From positions 310,001 to 374,000 of the forward strand of contig RSEE01000053.1 in assembly GCA_003971905.1 (NCBI GenBank): a stretch of 64,000 bases of DNA. The letters are read 5' to 3'. The notes beneath the pieces were generated by a model. That model made no database searches, was not told where the DNA came from, and was given only the letters and a program-made list of their open reading frames with translations. A program made the position numbers and the translations under genes. How positions within the stretch are numbered: position 1 is the first letter of the stretch; each line of letters starts with the position of its first letter. This document shows positions 12,348 through 25,670 of this stretch, in pieces. The stretch is from Moniliella sp. 'wahieum'. Lineage: Eukaryota.

Positions 12348-13580
12348 ATGGCTGCTTCACTCCGCCTCATCGAGTATGTCCTCCTCGCTCCTGTCGTCTC
12401 TGCGCCCGATACAGGCGCACTGGCGCTGACGTTCCTCGTGCAGCGTGCACACGCATGTCTACACCAAGCGCCTCGTTGCGCTTCTTCGCCGCCGCACCCA
12501 GGTACCCCGCATCCACGGTCCCACCGGAGCCGAGAAGCTGGCCATCCTGGCTGACGAACCGGGTGCCGGCGGGGGACGTCCTGTAGGACCCCAATATTGG
12601 GACAGGTCCGAAAAGCTCAAGTTCATGCACCGACACGGTATCTCTACTTCGGTCGTATCGGTGGCCAATCCGTGGGTGGATTGGCTCGAGACTCCCTCTG
12701 AGGCGGTCACGGCTGCGTCTGAGGCGAATTCTGACTTGGTCGAGTGGTGCGCTGGCGAGGAGAGAGTTAAGGCGTTTGGCCTTCTCCCTCTTGCGCCTGG
12801 TGTCTCTTCTTCCGATGTAGTCAAAGCGGCAGAGTGGATCGCGGACAACACGGTGGAGGTCCGCTTGTTGGCGCAATCCTTGGTACTCGTGGTCTCGGAC
12901 GAGGTCTGGACGATCCAGCCTTGGAAGGCCTTTGGTCGGCTGCCGAAAAGGGCGGGCTGACCTTGTTTGTTCACCCTCACTATGGCGTGGCGGGGGCAAC
13001 CGCCCCCGACGGTCTATGGGGCGAGCAGGACAATGGCCACGTCTTGCCTCTTGCCCTCGGATTCCCGTATGAGACGGCTGCTGCCGCCTCTCGCTTGATT
13101 CTGGCAGGCGTCTTGGATCGGTATGCCAATCTCAAGCTTCTATTGGCCCATTCGGGGGGAGCGTTACCTGCACTCGCCTCACGTTTGGCTAGCTGTGTTG
13201 CACACGACCCTGTCGTACATGAACGCCTTGCCCACGACCCTCGCTTTTACTTGGGGCGACTGTACTTTGACGCTGTCGCCTACGGTCCTGAGGAGTTAAT
13301 GGCAGCATGTGCGATTGTCGGGCGGGCAGGGCGGTATGCTGGCAAGCAAGGCGCCCAAGCTGGACCGAGCACCCTGGAGGGCTACGCGGACGAAGTCAAG
13401 CAGGGTGCCCGGCGCTTCTTTTTCGGCACGGACCACCCTTTCTTCCCTCCCTTGGACGAGGGGGATGTGTGGGCCTCGGTGACGGAAAACGTAGCGGCTT
13501 TGCAGGCTGTGCCGGCCTTTGATGCTGAAACACAGGCTGCGGTGGCGGCAGGCAATGCGGTCCGAGTGCTCGGTCTCTGA
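12348..13580 (+). CDS. Amidohydrolase-2 family decarboxylase (uracil-5-carboxylate/iso-orotate decarboxylase-like)
   Basis: Spliced start MAASLRLID|VHTHVY (intron ~12374-12442); SVVSVANPWVD, GLGRGLDD, FVHPHYG, GHVLPLALGFPYET, AHSGGALP, FGTDHPFFPP. One frameshift near 12850. Confidence 0.88.
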
Positions 13581-14090
13581 CGTGTGCGACTTATGCTGAG
13601 AGAGATGTTACGCCACACTTTTGGGGAGTGGCGACGGTAGCGCAGGTTCCCTCTCTGACGCGTTGTTCCCCGAAGGGTCGATCGCTGTCCTTCCCACAGG
13701 CAGGAATAATATTCGCTAGCCACGGTAGCTCATGTAGAGCAGGATGCAATGTACCACCGTCCCCCACGAGGTAGCGGGACTGCGTCGGCTTGGTTCCTGG
13801 TTTGGCCCGTCCGCGGGCTGCTTCCGCCATTGCGCCGCCCTCACCCAGGCTTCACGTGCGAGAGGAATTGGTGCGTCCATTCCGCCTGGCCTGCCCCCGC
13901 CTAATTACTGGGCTGGGACAGGGGTGGGTGGCGGACTGACTGTGTGACATGCGATGCCTGTGACATGCATGCCTGTGACATGTGACAGCCTTGCGCTGCG
14001 CTGATTGATGATCTCAGTGGTGATCCTGCCATCCGCGCGGCTCCACGCCGTCACAGCGCCATCCGGTGCCTGTGCTCGCCATCGCCTGCG

Positions 14091-15028
14091 ATGAATGCGG
14101 CTTACAACTCGGCCTTGCGCGATGTGACCAGCATCAAAACGACCTTGCTCGCCTCGAGTCCCGTGAGGCCCCAGCCCCGCCCGACCTCGACGCCCGCTTC
14201 GATGTGCTGAGCGCTACCCTGGACGAATATGAGCGCCTCGCCAAGCGCGAGCTCGTCTTCCAAGCAGCAGAAGGCTCTCTCGCGTCTCAAGGATTTCCGC
14301 CGTGAAGAAGAAGAGCTCCGCATGCGCGTATCCGCCGCTGTGGCGGAAGCAGCCTCGGTAGGCCCATCCTATACCTCTGTGAGTGCCACGGGGGTGGGCG
14401 TGGCCGCCCCGCGGCGAACGCGCTCCATGCTCGTGGGCTTTCGACGCTTGGGGCTGGGCTAGGAACGCCCTCGCCTGTGCCTTCCTCACACCAAGCCTCG
14501 CCCGGACCGCAGGTTGCAGGCACGTCGTCTCCATATGGGTACGGAGGATATGGGGGCTACTCGCCTGGGAGCAGCTATGTGGGCTATGGCGGGTATGGTT
14601 CCTACGCAGCCGGGCATGACCCCCGCGCCGCATACAAGATGAACGCGTCGGCGGCAGCCATGTTTGGGAATGGGTCAGCGCGCGAGACGCATGCACTGCG
14701 AGAACACAGCTTCATTGAGCAGACCGAAGCCTCAGCTGGATGCCTTCATTTCCCAGGCCGGGAGGTCTGGGAGAATTTGACGGAACAACGGCATATTCTC
14801 AAGGGCACTCGCAGGCGTCTCCTCGATGCAGCCAACACACTGGGTCTATCACGCAAGGTGATTGGTTGTATGAACGGAGGAGCATCCAAGATAATGTCAT
14901 CTTCTTTGCCGGGGCTGTCTTCACCCTTGTATCGTTTTGTCAGTCCAGCTCTTCTCGATGACATGGCCTCTATACTAACCATCCCTCCACGGCATCCGAC
15001 AGATTACATCTACAAGTGGTTTGGCTAA
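14091..15028 (+). CDS. BOS1: ER-Golgi Qb-SNARE Bos1/GOSR2
   Basis: N-terminus MNAAYNSALR; REHSFIEQTE...QGREVWENLTEQRHILKGTRRRLLDAANTLGLSR..ERRS.QD..IF..G; C-terminal TM segment split by an intron. Frameshifted. Confidence 0.85.
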
Positions 15029-16216
15029 CTGGGAGTGTGAGTTATCTCGACGGCGTTTGACGCTGGCTATACCTTGCACGTTCCGCCATCTAGTTTCTAT
15101 CCACTTGAGGACTTTTTTTCTCAGATCGGTACCCCCCTATCGGCCTTGCCTTCAGCAGCCACCCTTCGCCAGTGGCAGCACCTCAACATTTTTCCTGTTC
15201 CTGTCCCTCCAGCCCCCCACGACCGCCACCCATGTACTTGTACCGATTATGTGCTGTAAATCGGACCCCTCGTATAGTGGGATGCAGCCTTTTGCGGGCG
15301 TGCTTGCCATATATTCATGTACCTCGCTACCCCAACCCCGTAACTCCTTATGCATTCAAGGGGACCAGGGGGTCATGATGGCAGTTCAAACATACGTCCG
15401 TGTCCCAGGTCATCATTTGTGCTGTCACCTTAGATCTGTACAGCCTCGATTTTCGAGGTGTGGTGGAAGTATGGCGTCGTCCAACATGCTGTTTCCGCTG
15501 CAACACTCTTCGATGCTTCCTCGAGATGGCTCTTCGACTTGGCCTTTGCCAGCGTACGGAAAACGCGATAGCGCCGTGGGCCAACACCCGCCTCTCCCAG
15601 GTTATCGACAACACATGGCTATGCATGATGGCTTCTACTCAAGACAGCGGCGAGAACCGCGCCCACCTCGCATCAGTGGCCCTTCGCCCTGCCTCGAAAG
15701 GGGAAGGGGAGTCACAAAGCCTCGATCGGCACCGTACCAAATCCATATCATTCGCAAAGCTTTTGGTAGGAACAGGAGAGAGAGACAGAGACGGGATGGA
15801 GAGGGGAACGCAACTATACGAAGTAAAAGACCGAAACACACCTGGTATTTGCACCATAAGATCGTTGATCGCGATTGGAGGAAATCTAAAAGACCATGAC
15901 GAGCAGAGTAGGGAGGATGGGAAAAAATGACAGTGGATCACCTCGAGGTTGTCTCCTAAAGCTGGATCTAGGAGGGAAAGGTGGGCGGTGGGAAAAGAGG
16001 GGTAGAAGGAAAAGTTGGTCCAAGTTGGAGAAAGGGAACAAAAGAAGGATCAAGCCCAAAGTGGCGAGACAGAGAAGAGACGAGGTATCAAGTAAGCTGT
16101 CAGGCTCCATGAGGCACATGGAAGGCCCGACAGGCCGTGACGTTGATGGCCCAGAGGAAGGGGAAAAAGGAGGGGGGTAAACGGGAGCAGCAGGAGAGAA
16201 GACGGCGGAAGGATGC

Positions 16217-19200
16217 TTAGCGTCGCAGCGGTGAATGGCGCGCTCCACTGCCAGCGCGCGGGCGAGGTATGGACCCGCCCATGTCAGATCCGCTGGCGAC
16301 ATGTACCCTCCCATTGGGTGAACATGCCAGGCATCGACATGTAAGGGTTGTAGCCAGCCGGGGTGGCCGCTCCCGAGTGACCGCCCATCATGCCCATGCC
16401 ACCAGGCATATTTCCAGGCATCATGCCTGACATGCCAGGCGCGACCGAGCCGGGTCCAGCTCCTCCAGCTTGCGAGGGGGCCTGGGACATGGCTTGGGCG
16501 TATGCCATTTGGGCCGCTTGCATGGCCTGCATTGTTGCATTTGCTGCATCTGCATCATGTACATCTGCTGTTGGTTGGGTGTCGCGGCGCCACGGCCACC
16601 GAGCGCCGAGCAGGTGCCTGGAGGCATCATCCCGGGCATCATCCCAGGCCACATCATGTAGGGGTTCGGCATGTACCCCATCATTGGCGGCATCATCCGC
16701 CCTGCATCCCGCCCCATTGACCAGGAGTCATGAGCCCCGCAGCGCGGTTCTCCTCATCTCTTTCCGGTGACGCTTCTCCATCGCAATCCGTTCCCGTTCC
16801 CGTTCAGTCAGGGTTGCACCAAGGCCTCCTGCCGCTTTTCGTTCACGCTCATGGGCGGAAATAGCGCCCAGCAGCCCTGCCGCCGGCGGAGGCGGCTGGT
16901 TGGGCATGTGACCAAGGCCGTACCTTCCTTTCTCGCTTCAGCCTCTTGCGCTTTGGCCGAGCGCTCCGCCTTCTCCGCCGCACCAGCCTGCAATAATCCA
17001 TGGGGCTGGAACAATGCAGTCATGCTCCCGGGTGCATCATCTCCCAAGTCCACAAACGTGTTGGGCTTGGCCGAGCCCGTGGGGCCGGTGGAGGAGGCGG
17101 CTTTGCCGACCATTAGACCATGTGGCCCCGCTTCCGCTGCCGACGATGCTTCAGTGATAGCCTGTGCATCAGTGTGGGGGCACTGAGGAGGGTATTGAAC
17201 ATGCTCTTGCGAGGATCAGCATGAGCAGCATGGTGGCCTGCTGCTTGTTGCTGCAGCTGCCGGGTCGAGGGTCCGGCACCAGCACCCAACCCAAACCCGG
17301 GCGAGGCCGACGCGAACGCGCATAAGGAGATCCTCGACCACTACCGTTGTACACATAAGGGGGTTGCGGCACTCCATACACCTCCGGCGCTGCAGGATAG
17401 CCCTGCCTGCGACCGAGTCTGGCCCCCAGCCCAAGTTGGGCGTCGCCTGGCCGACGTTGGGTTAGACGAGTAGTCCTGTTGGGAGGGATGGGCATTGCAT
17501 GGGCAGCCGGATTTTCCTCTTCTTCCTCATCCTCATCCTCGTCTTCTTCTTCTTTTCCCTCCTCCTTCGGACGAGTCTGATCCCCAAGGGTCCGAGGCAC
17601 GTGGGCGCGCAGCAAAAGATGTACTGCGCTTACCGTCCTCTACCAGGGGCTTGAAGTGCAGCATGGTGCGCCTCCGCTTGTTGTGCAGCGGCATTTTGCG
17701 CTCCTGCGCCCGCTTGTTCGACTTGAACGATGAAGGGAACGCACCCGCCTTGGAGGGCAACTGGAAGTCGTGGACGGCTGATCAGGCACCCTGGGGGTTT
17801 GAGCCTCCTGTTGCGAAGGAGAGCGGGTCGTGTCCTGTTGATCCTTCATCGAAGCATCAGAAATCTGATCCGCGAAAGACCCAGTTTGGGGTGGTGGTGA
17901 GAGATGAGAGCCAGTAACCGTGCGATAGGTGGCGAAGGGGGGCGGTCTAAAAAGTTGGCGGCAGCCAATACATCGTCGGCAATACCGTTCGTACGTTTGT
18001 CGTGTGGACGGAGTCGTGTGCGACACAGACGCTGGATCCAGGAGGTGGGGGGAGGAAGGGCGGAGGTCGATCTGGCCTCCTCCCCAATGAGGGCTTGGAA
18101 GGCACTCGGAGGGGGGGCACAGACTCCACCTGATGGGCTTCGAGTGAAGGAGCCTGATCAGGAATGGCCCTCATATATGAGAGGATGTCCTCGTCGAAGC
18201 GCCCAAATCAGTTCTGGAATCGCACGAGAGTTGTTCTCCCCGGTAATGCCGGTTCCCCACTTGGTGCGGTCCATCGGGACATTGGCTGCGAGGTCAGCCT
18301 CGGCACCTCGTCCCGAGGGCCCAAAGCCAGGAGGCTGTGTGGCAAACTTGGGGCGAGAACAGCAGTTGATGCAGGTGAATGGGCATCGCTCAATGAGGAT
18401 GGGTCACGATTGAAGCCAGAAGACAGCGGGTGAGGTGATAGCCCTGATCCAGGACGGTAGTCACTCGACACGTCCGCATGTCTGGACCCAGGAAAGCTTG
18501 ACCACACCTTCAAACCCTCCGGGAGAAGGAGAGAGGGGGCGGGAATCACTCTCCTGACTACGGGGCATCTGGGGGTGGCAAGGAATTGTTGTTGCTGCTC
18601 CAAGGGAGATGCAGCCTTTGCAAGATCGGAGTAGCGCTGCGCCCGCGTCGGGGACAGTATGCAAGGACAGTCCACGAGAGGGGGAAGCAGGGAAGCAGCG
18701 GTAGATGCCGGCTGCTGGTGTGCATGCGGACTCTGCAGCAGGGAAGCGGAGTTGGATGTCTGCTGCTCTTGAGGGATATCGGGGGTGCGTGTAGGCGAGA
18801 TAAAGCTTTGACCCCCTCAGCAAACCCTATGCCAAGGTGTGGGGAAGGCGATGTATACCCTTCAGCATTTGCGCCTTGGTGAGGAGACCAGGGTGCAGCA
18901 GGCGGCCCCGAGGCAACTTGATGTGCAGGACCGCCCAGCTCGAGCGAACCAAAGTTGAAGTAAGCTGGGGAAGCTCAGAGGAATTGAAGTCCCTCGTCGC
19001 AACGGGCGAAAATTGACCATTGGTCACAGAGTCAGGCTGTTGGGGTCCAGGTGGGTAGTGCAGGTTCTGGCCTTGGAATTGAGATTGAGCCGCTTGCGCT
19101 TGCGCTTGGGCCTGAGCCTCGAGCTCAGCCTGTGCTTGCGCATGGGCTTGAGCTTGGGCCTCGGCCTGGAAACGGGCTTGAGCCTCGGCATTGGCTTGGG

Positions 19201-21117
19201 TCTGGGCATCAGCCTGGGCTTGTGCTTCGGCCTCGACCTGGGCTTGATGCTGCATCTGCTCGGCAGCGGCGCGTTGCTGGCAGCGGCCGCGGCAGCTGAG
19301 CAGCAAAGAAGCCAGTTCGGACCATGCCCTGTCCGCATTGAGCACGGCCGTGGCTGACTTGTTCGGTTGCGGCAACTCTCGCATCAGCGGCGTGTCTTGT
19401 CCATGCATCCTCATTGCCATGATGGAATGCAGAGTATGCGGTGGACAAGGTGGGACTCCTCCATGATCTTGAGGTACTCGGCTAGTTCACGGTCGAGGAA
19501 GAGCCGATCCTTATACTGGCCAATGGGGTAGGCAAAGAAGGCGGACACGGGATTACGCGGGTCAAAGTCTAAGGCCGCCGGGCGGCCGTAGAGGTGGAAA
19601 GCGTCGACAAAGCCTGAAGGAAGAGAGAAGAAGAGTTAGTAGACACACATTTAATGCGAGGTTGTAACGCACCTATCAGCCACTTGGTCATCTCCTTGAT
19701 GGGTGTCATTCCTTGGACTTCGGACTGAGGCATGAGCATCACCCAACCAGATTCGCGGGGCGTTCCCGAGGCCGAAAGGACAGGGCGGCCATCAGGCGGC
19801 TGAGCGAGGACTCCTTCCAGCTTGAACAACGCTGAGCTCGCCACCAGCTCTGGCCGGACGGGTATACAGCATACACATGGGCCACATAGACAACCGTTGC
19901 AAATGGTGCTGCACCTGCATGGAATGCTTTTTTGACTCGTAAAAGTAAGCTACCCCGCGCGTCGGAGTCATCCCGGCCGGCGGTGCGATGAGCAAATGGA
20001 TCCGCGGCACCCGCCCCACCGGCCGTGGGGCCAAAGTCAGAACCGGGGCCGCAGTTCCATGGTGGCCAGTGAGAGACAAAATACTTCCTCGACTTCCCGT
20101 TGAGCCAATCTTCCAAAACTTGGACTTAGTGTTTTGTTCTGGCACAGCATTTTGAGGTGAGTCGGCAAGAACGAGCCAGGAGTTGCGCCATTCCGTCGAT
20201 CCCATGAATCGTGCCCTGACTGGGCCTTCCAGCGGCCCTTGACAAGAGGAGTGCGCAGCGCACGTTGTCATAGTCACTTGAATCACCTGGAGACGGGGGT
20301 GCGTTGTCAGAATCATCCAGGAAGTTGGAAGCGGGACTCAAGGCGAGGTCTGCCTGGTATTCGGGTCCCAGATGACGTGACCAACGCCTAGACGCGAATC
20401 ACGGCGTTGAAGGCCATTTGCACCTGATGCAGCTGTGGCCATGGGCGCAGCAAGGAGGGCACGGATGAGAGAGCCTGTGTACATCTCCTCAAGGCGCATA
20501 CGCTCCCAGGAGGCCAAACGAATGGCGTTAACCCATGCTTGGATGAGACGGCGGCCAACAGGCCCCTCGACACAGTAGTATGACCGGTTGGCTCCGGCCG
20601 TGTTGAGAGCAAACACATTCTCGTATTGCACCTTGCTGTTGGGGACCTGCTTGGGTCCTCGGTAAGGGTGCCAACGTAGTCGACGAAAGCGTCGGTGATG
20701 TTGATGTAGGAGGGTGGTACGGTCGTCCCAACCTTGGTAGCATGCTCAAGAGCCCGTACGGACCACACGGCGAGCACGGTGCCGGTAAGTTGGACGAAGC
20801 ATAGCGTCCAGCTCTTGCGGGGGTCGTTGGCGCGCAGGGGGCGGCCATCAGCGGCGGCGTCATCGCGGCGGCTGAGGTAACCCTCCATGTAGAGCTTGGA
20901 GGACTGCGCACGGTGAAGGTCGAGAGAACGACGGAGATCACGGTGACGGAAGGTTGGAGCGTCGTGAGCGGCAGCGCTGGGATAGGACCCAGCGCTGGCT
21001 TGCGCGTCGGGCGAGGATGCGGCAGGCAAGGCGGAGGCGGGGACGCTGCCCGAGGCCGAGACGACGTGGCGAGGAGTGGACGGAAAAAGAAGGGCTGGCG
21101 GGTCGCTGTGCGCTCAT
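16217..21117 (-). CDS. Skg3/Caf120-like PH-domain protein with Q/M/P-rich C-terminus
   Basis: KLYMEGYL...WTLCFVQLTGTVLAVW...PSYINITDA; NVFALNTAGANR; AIRLASWER.RLEEMYTG; ARFMGSTEW..SW; VYAVYP; GLLQAG..EKAERSAK.QE. Many frameshifts; boundaries approximate. Confidence 0.8.
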
Positions 21118-21710
21118 GTTGCACACAGGCCACACGAGCCAGAGGAGAACGAGGCGGTGGTGGTGGTGGTGGTGGTGGGGAGGAAGGGGGGGGGGTCTGC
21201 GCGCTGCCCAAAGGCGGCCTAACTGACTGGATGCGCCCATGGAACGGCCGCCAGCACACACTGGCGCTGTGCTTGGACTGAGGCGCCGCACATCCGCCGC
21301 CCGTACGGCAGCCGTGCGCTGGCCTCTGCTGGCCGGGAGCTTGCCGCCGGCGCTGGCCAAATTGCACATTTCAACGCACACGGGCGGTCTTTGCCCCTCC
21401 TGGTTTGCACCGGTGCCGAGCTGAACGTTTCAGCAGCGTCGCGGTTCTGGTTAGAAGACAATCTATAGTGGGAGCGAGGACACTGGCGCTGTGCAGAGAC
21501 GCGGTGTTTGCACCGATGGACCACGAGTTTTGTGGGACGCATGTGCTTGCGGCCTTACGTAGGGCCCAGTGCTCCTCCGCAAGTGGCTCCGCCGAGTCCA
21601 CCTCACCGCCTCGCCTGGGCCACCTGACCTTCGCGCGCACGCTCCTCTTGGTGCCATCCTTGCTCCCGCCGCCCGTCCGTCCATGGGTCCTCCTTCATCC
21701 GTGCCCCGGC

Positions 21711-24700
21711 ATGTGGAGCGACCGCAGCCAGCAACTCGATGCCATCCTCCAGCGCCCCCTCCTAGCCAGCATCCTCCGCTCGGCCAGGATACGCGCATGC
21801 CAGCCGCACGCACGCAATGCCCTTCCCGGCCTGCAGTCCAGCGCAACTTGCCAGCAGCATCGACGTTGCTTTGGCTCTCCTCTGGCTCCCGCCCGCCGCT
21901 CGACTCCACCTAGCACCGCCGACCACACCGCTCTCGCCCGCATCCCCCAGCTTATGCTCCACGAGGGTGACTTCGCTCCCGTCCGCAACCTCCAACGCGG
22001 CGGCCCCGGTCTGGTCGACCTCGTACGCTGCCGGCACGATGGCAAGGTGTACGTTCTCAAGTCGACACTGAAGGGTGTGGCGGCGAGAGAAAGCTCTCGC
22101 ATCAACCCCCTCATTGAGAGGCATATTTTGGTGAAAGCTCTGGAAACTGCTTCAGCAAATGCGCCCATGCCGCGATTAGGAGCCGAGTTAAATGATGCCC
22201 TCGAGGGAGGCTTACACTCCCAGGCTTCATACTGCCTTCCTGTCAGGAAGCGACTCACCTTGTGATGGAATACTGTCCTGCAGGGGATCTCGAAACCCTC
22301 TTGGCTTCGGCCGGTGCCGCCAGCTCGGCGAGTCCGGGAAAAAGCCCATATCCTGGCGGGTTGCTCTCTGAGGTTTGGGCCATTGCATACGCCAAGGATA
22401 TATGTACTGCTGTTTCCTGGTTGCACGACATTGGATTCGCACACAGGTATGCCATTGATGGCCACATTTCCACCTCACTCGAGCAGCACAAACTAACGTG
22501 CTCTTCCTTCTCCAGAGACATCAAACCTGCTAACTTCTTGCTACATTCGTCGGGCCATCTCAAAATGTGCGACTTTGGTACTGCCGCTCCCATCTCGTGG
22601 TTTGATACACCTTTATCCGAGCATAAGAAACGTCTGGTGCACCATGCCTACTGCCAAAAGCCCGCTGGGACATGCGACTACATTGCACCCGAGATCCTGC
22701 TGTATCAAGAAGCCAAGCTTGCCGGGGGGAATTCCAGTAAGGGTTTGGCCTCAGCCTAGGTGCCGATGTATCGGCGCGTGATAACCTATCTATTCCACCA
22801 GATGGCCCGGGTGCCTATGGGCCTGAAGTCGACTGGTGGTCGGTGGGAGTTGTTTTGTACGAGATGGTATATGGTACACTCCCTTTTTGGGCCGTGAGTC
22901 CGGCCGAGGCATGGTACCAAATCCGTCACCATGACCAATTTCTCCACTTTAATGATTCTGTACCCATCAGCTCTGAACTCCATTCTCTCCTATCGGGTCT
23001 GATGGCCAGCGCCCCCAACCGTCTCGGTCGAAATGGATCAACGGAGGTCCTACACCACCCTGCTTTCGGAGGGTCAGACCCTGCGACTTGGGCGTCTGAT
23101 CCACCTCCTTTTATTCCCTCGATCGATCAAACATTGCTTCTCTCCGATAAGAGCTGCATGTACCCGACTGATCCATTTTCGCGCGAGTCTCTCGATGACC
23201 CCTTACCACCTCACTCGGCTGTTCCGACAGGGGATGCGTCGATTCCGGCACCCCAATGATGGATGCTGCTGGGCCGAGGGTATGCGCTTCTGGAGGGCAT
23301 CATCCATCCTCCTCTTCAGAGGTAGCGAAGGTCGAAGCAGATGCCTCGATGGCCGACACCTCAGTCGAGTCGGTTGGCCTCATGTCCGAAGCAGAAGCGG
23401 ACGATGAACATGACCCTCTTGAGGGGAGTGACTATGCTTGGGTCGGTTTACTTACCGCCCTGATCGACAATGTTTCCACACTGCCCGTGCCCAGGTCCAA
23501 GCCCAAACCCGAACCCAGCCTCCAGAGCCTATGGATACGAAGATCAGCAACACGCCTCCCAACCCACCCAGTGGACCCCATTGGTGCCTTTCCTGAGAAA
23601 AGACCTGGGTCCCCTCGTCTCTACTCCATTTTCCCGCACTGGATTGAAAGCTGCAGCACCTGACTTTGTCACATCCACTCCAGCTGTGGAGCTGGCTTCT
23701 GGTCGGCCGACTCGGTCATGCCGCCACCGCCACATGGCTTCCACGGGTTTTCCACTCCTGCTCGGACAGGTGTTCCACCGGCTGTGGGGTCAGTGCCTCC
23801 CAGCGGTATCCCTCCCTCGCCTTACCCATTCCCCTACATGACGCCTGCCCTACCCAGATCCTGCTGGCGCTCTGGAAGCAGAATGCCACCACCCGCGTTG
23901 GCCTTAGGGAGCTGGGACGGCTCCGCTTCCCGTCTCCCGCGGCTTTCAGATGCCCGTTTGCAGGGATGGATAGGGTCCGATACGCGTTGCTCTGGAGGAA
24001 GCAATGCTAAGCACAGTCTCCGAGTCGCAGGCTTGGAAACAGATGATGAAAGCGGTTCACCAGAGCGCCCAGAAGCGCGCCAAGGCCAGCCTTGGACCCC
24101 AGCAAATATTGGTTGCTGAGCCGGCACCTGGTGGGGAGCAAAAGCCATCCTTAGTTTTTGCCCATTCTCAAGCTTACCACCCAGCACCCCATCACACCGA
24201 CCAACTGGTGCCATCAAGTCCAGTTGGTACTCACCCCGCATCACATATCCGATTACCTCGTACCCATTCTCCCTCCCCTTCGCTTCCTTCCGACGGCGAA
24301 GATGCACCTATCGATCGGGGCCCCATTCAACCACGCAAGTGGCCCTCGGTCCCTTATTGGGGAAGTGCAGGGATCCGTGCCCCTACTATGCGGTCGGTAC
24401 GCCCTATCTCAGGCGAGGAGGAGGAGGAGAGGAGGATCCGATGCAGCTTAATGCGTCCCCCCGACAGCGATTGAAACCGGGGGAGAGAGCATTTCTATGC
24501 GAACAGACTCTTTTTCCGCCTCTTTACTGCTGACTGGTGAAGTAAACGCCTCGGACTCTGACTCTGCCTCGGATGAGAGAGAAGATTGGATCTCTATCTC
24601 TCCCTCAGCCGCTCGGACCCGCTCACGGAACCCGGTCTCCCCCCTGGTACATCTTTCGCTCACATCACTTCCAGTAGCGACGAAGCATCGGGTGTTTGTG

Positions 24701-25547
24701 TGGGGAATGTGTCCCGCGCATCTCGTGATGGGAGAGCAGGACGGTCGACTAAGTTATGCACTATGGCTGGTCCTCATTTGGTGGGCTTCAATCATTTCCA
24801 TGACGACCGGTGTTCTTCGCTGGAGGAGCTACAAGACCCGCCATTGCCAAACCCCCACGCGAGGGATGAGAAATGGAACTCCATCGGAAGGATGCACTCA
24901 GGAAGAATCGAGCGGCCATGGGTGGACTTCCTCTGCCCAGACGCCTTTTCACCAAGACGACCAGCCTTCCTGTTGTGCCCCAATTGCACTCATCACCTTG
25001 CCTTCACCTGGACTGGGTTCGTCGTGGAGTGAACACGTCAGGGGTGGGGCATCTTCACTCTCCTCTGGCTCAGACGGCAGTGTGAGCCCTGGTCCTTTGC
25101 CATTTATTGGCCGCGGGCTAGTAAGGTCCACACCAAAAGCTCCTCCGATGCGTTCCTCATTTCCATCCATCGTTCGTTCAACCAGCTCCTTGAACGTCTT
25201 TGATTCTACCAGCACGGCCCCCACGTCCCCAACTGCGGAGGCTGCCAACACGTCTTACGACCGCCAACCTGATGCATCATCCCGAAATGGGCGCGCCTTG
25301 CAAAACGTAACAATCGCCAGTCACGTCAACCACGATCCATGGTGCGCCCCAAGCCACTGCGGAGCCAATCTCTCGTTGCACCTGCTCCTCAACATTCACA
25401 ACCATGATGCAGTCGGACACAGATGAGAGCTTGAGCTTTGCTGCTGCTTGGGCCTCCAGCAAAATCGCCTCCCTTCATTCGCCTCACTTGGACGACTCTG
25501 AGTCCCCACCCACCCCTCCTTTAGATTCACAGAAGGTGCGCAACTGA
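21711..25547 (+). CDS. AGC-family Ser/Thr protein kinase (DMPK/NDR-like) with long low-complexity tail
   Basis: VYVLK, MEYCPAGDL, HR|DIKPANFLL (intron), KMCDFG, GTCDYIAPE, DWWSVGVVLYEMVYGTLPF, PPPFIP. Confidence 0.85.
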
Positions 25548-25670
25548 CATCTACGTTACCCACGTTCGCCCCGCCATACCCTCATCTTCGGAGCCTCCGT
25601 CCACTGTCCCAGCTACTTTGAGCAGTCTCGGGTCTCCCACACATTTGGCCACGGCCAACGATTCACAAGA

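Noticed and set aside
15021..15930. ORFs of 292 and 176 aa downstream of BOS1
   Set aside because: No recognisable motif and non-ATG starts; cannot be supported as a gene.
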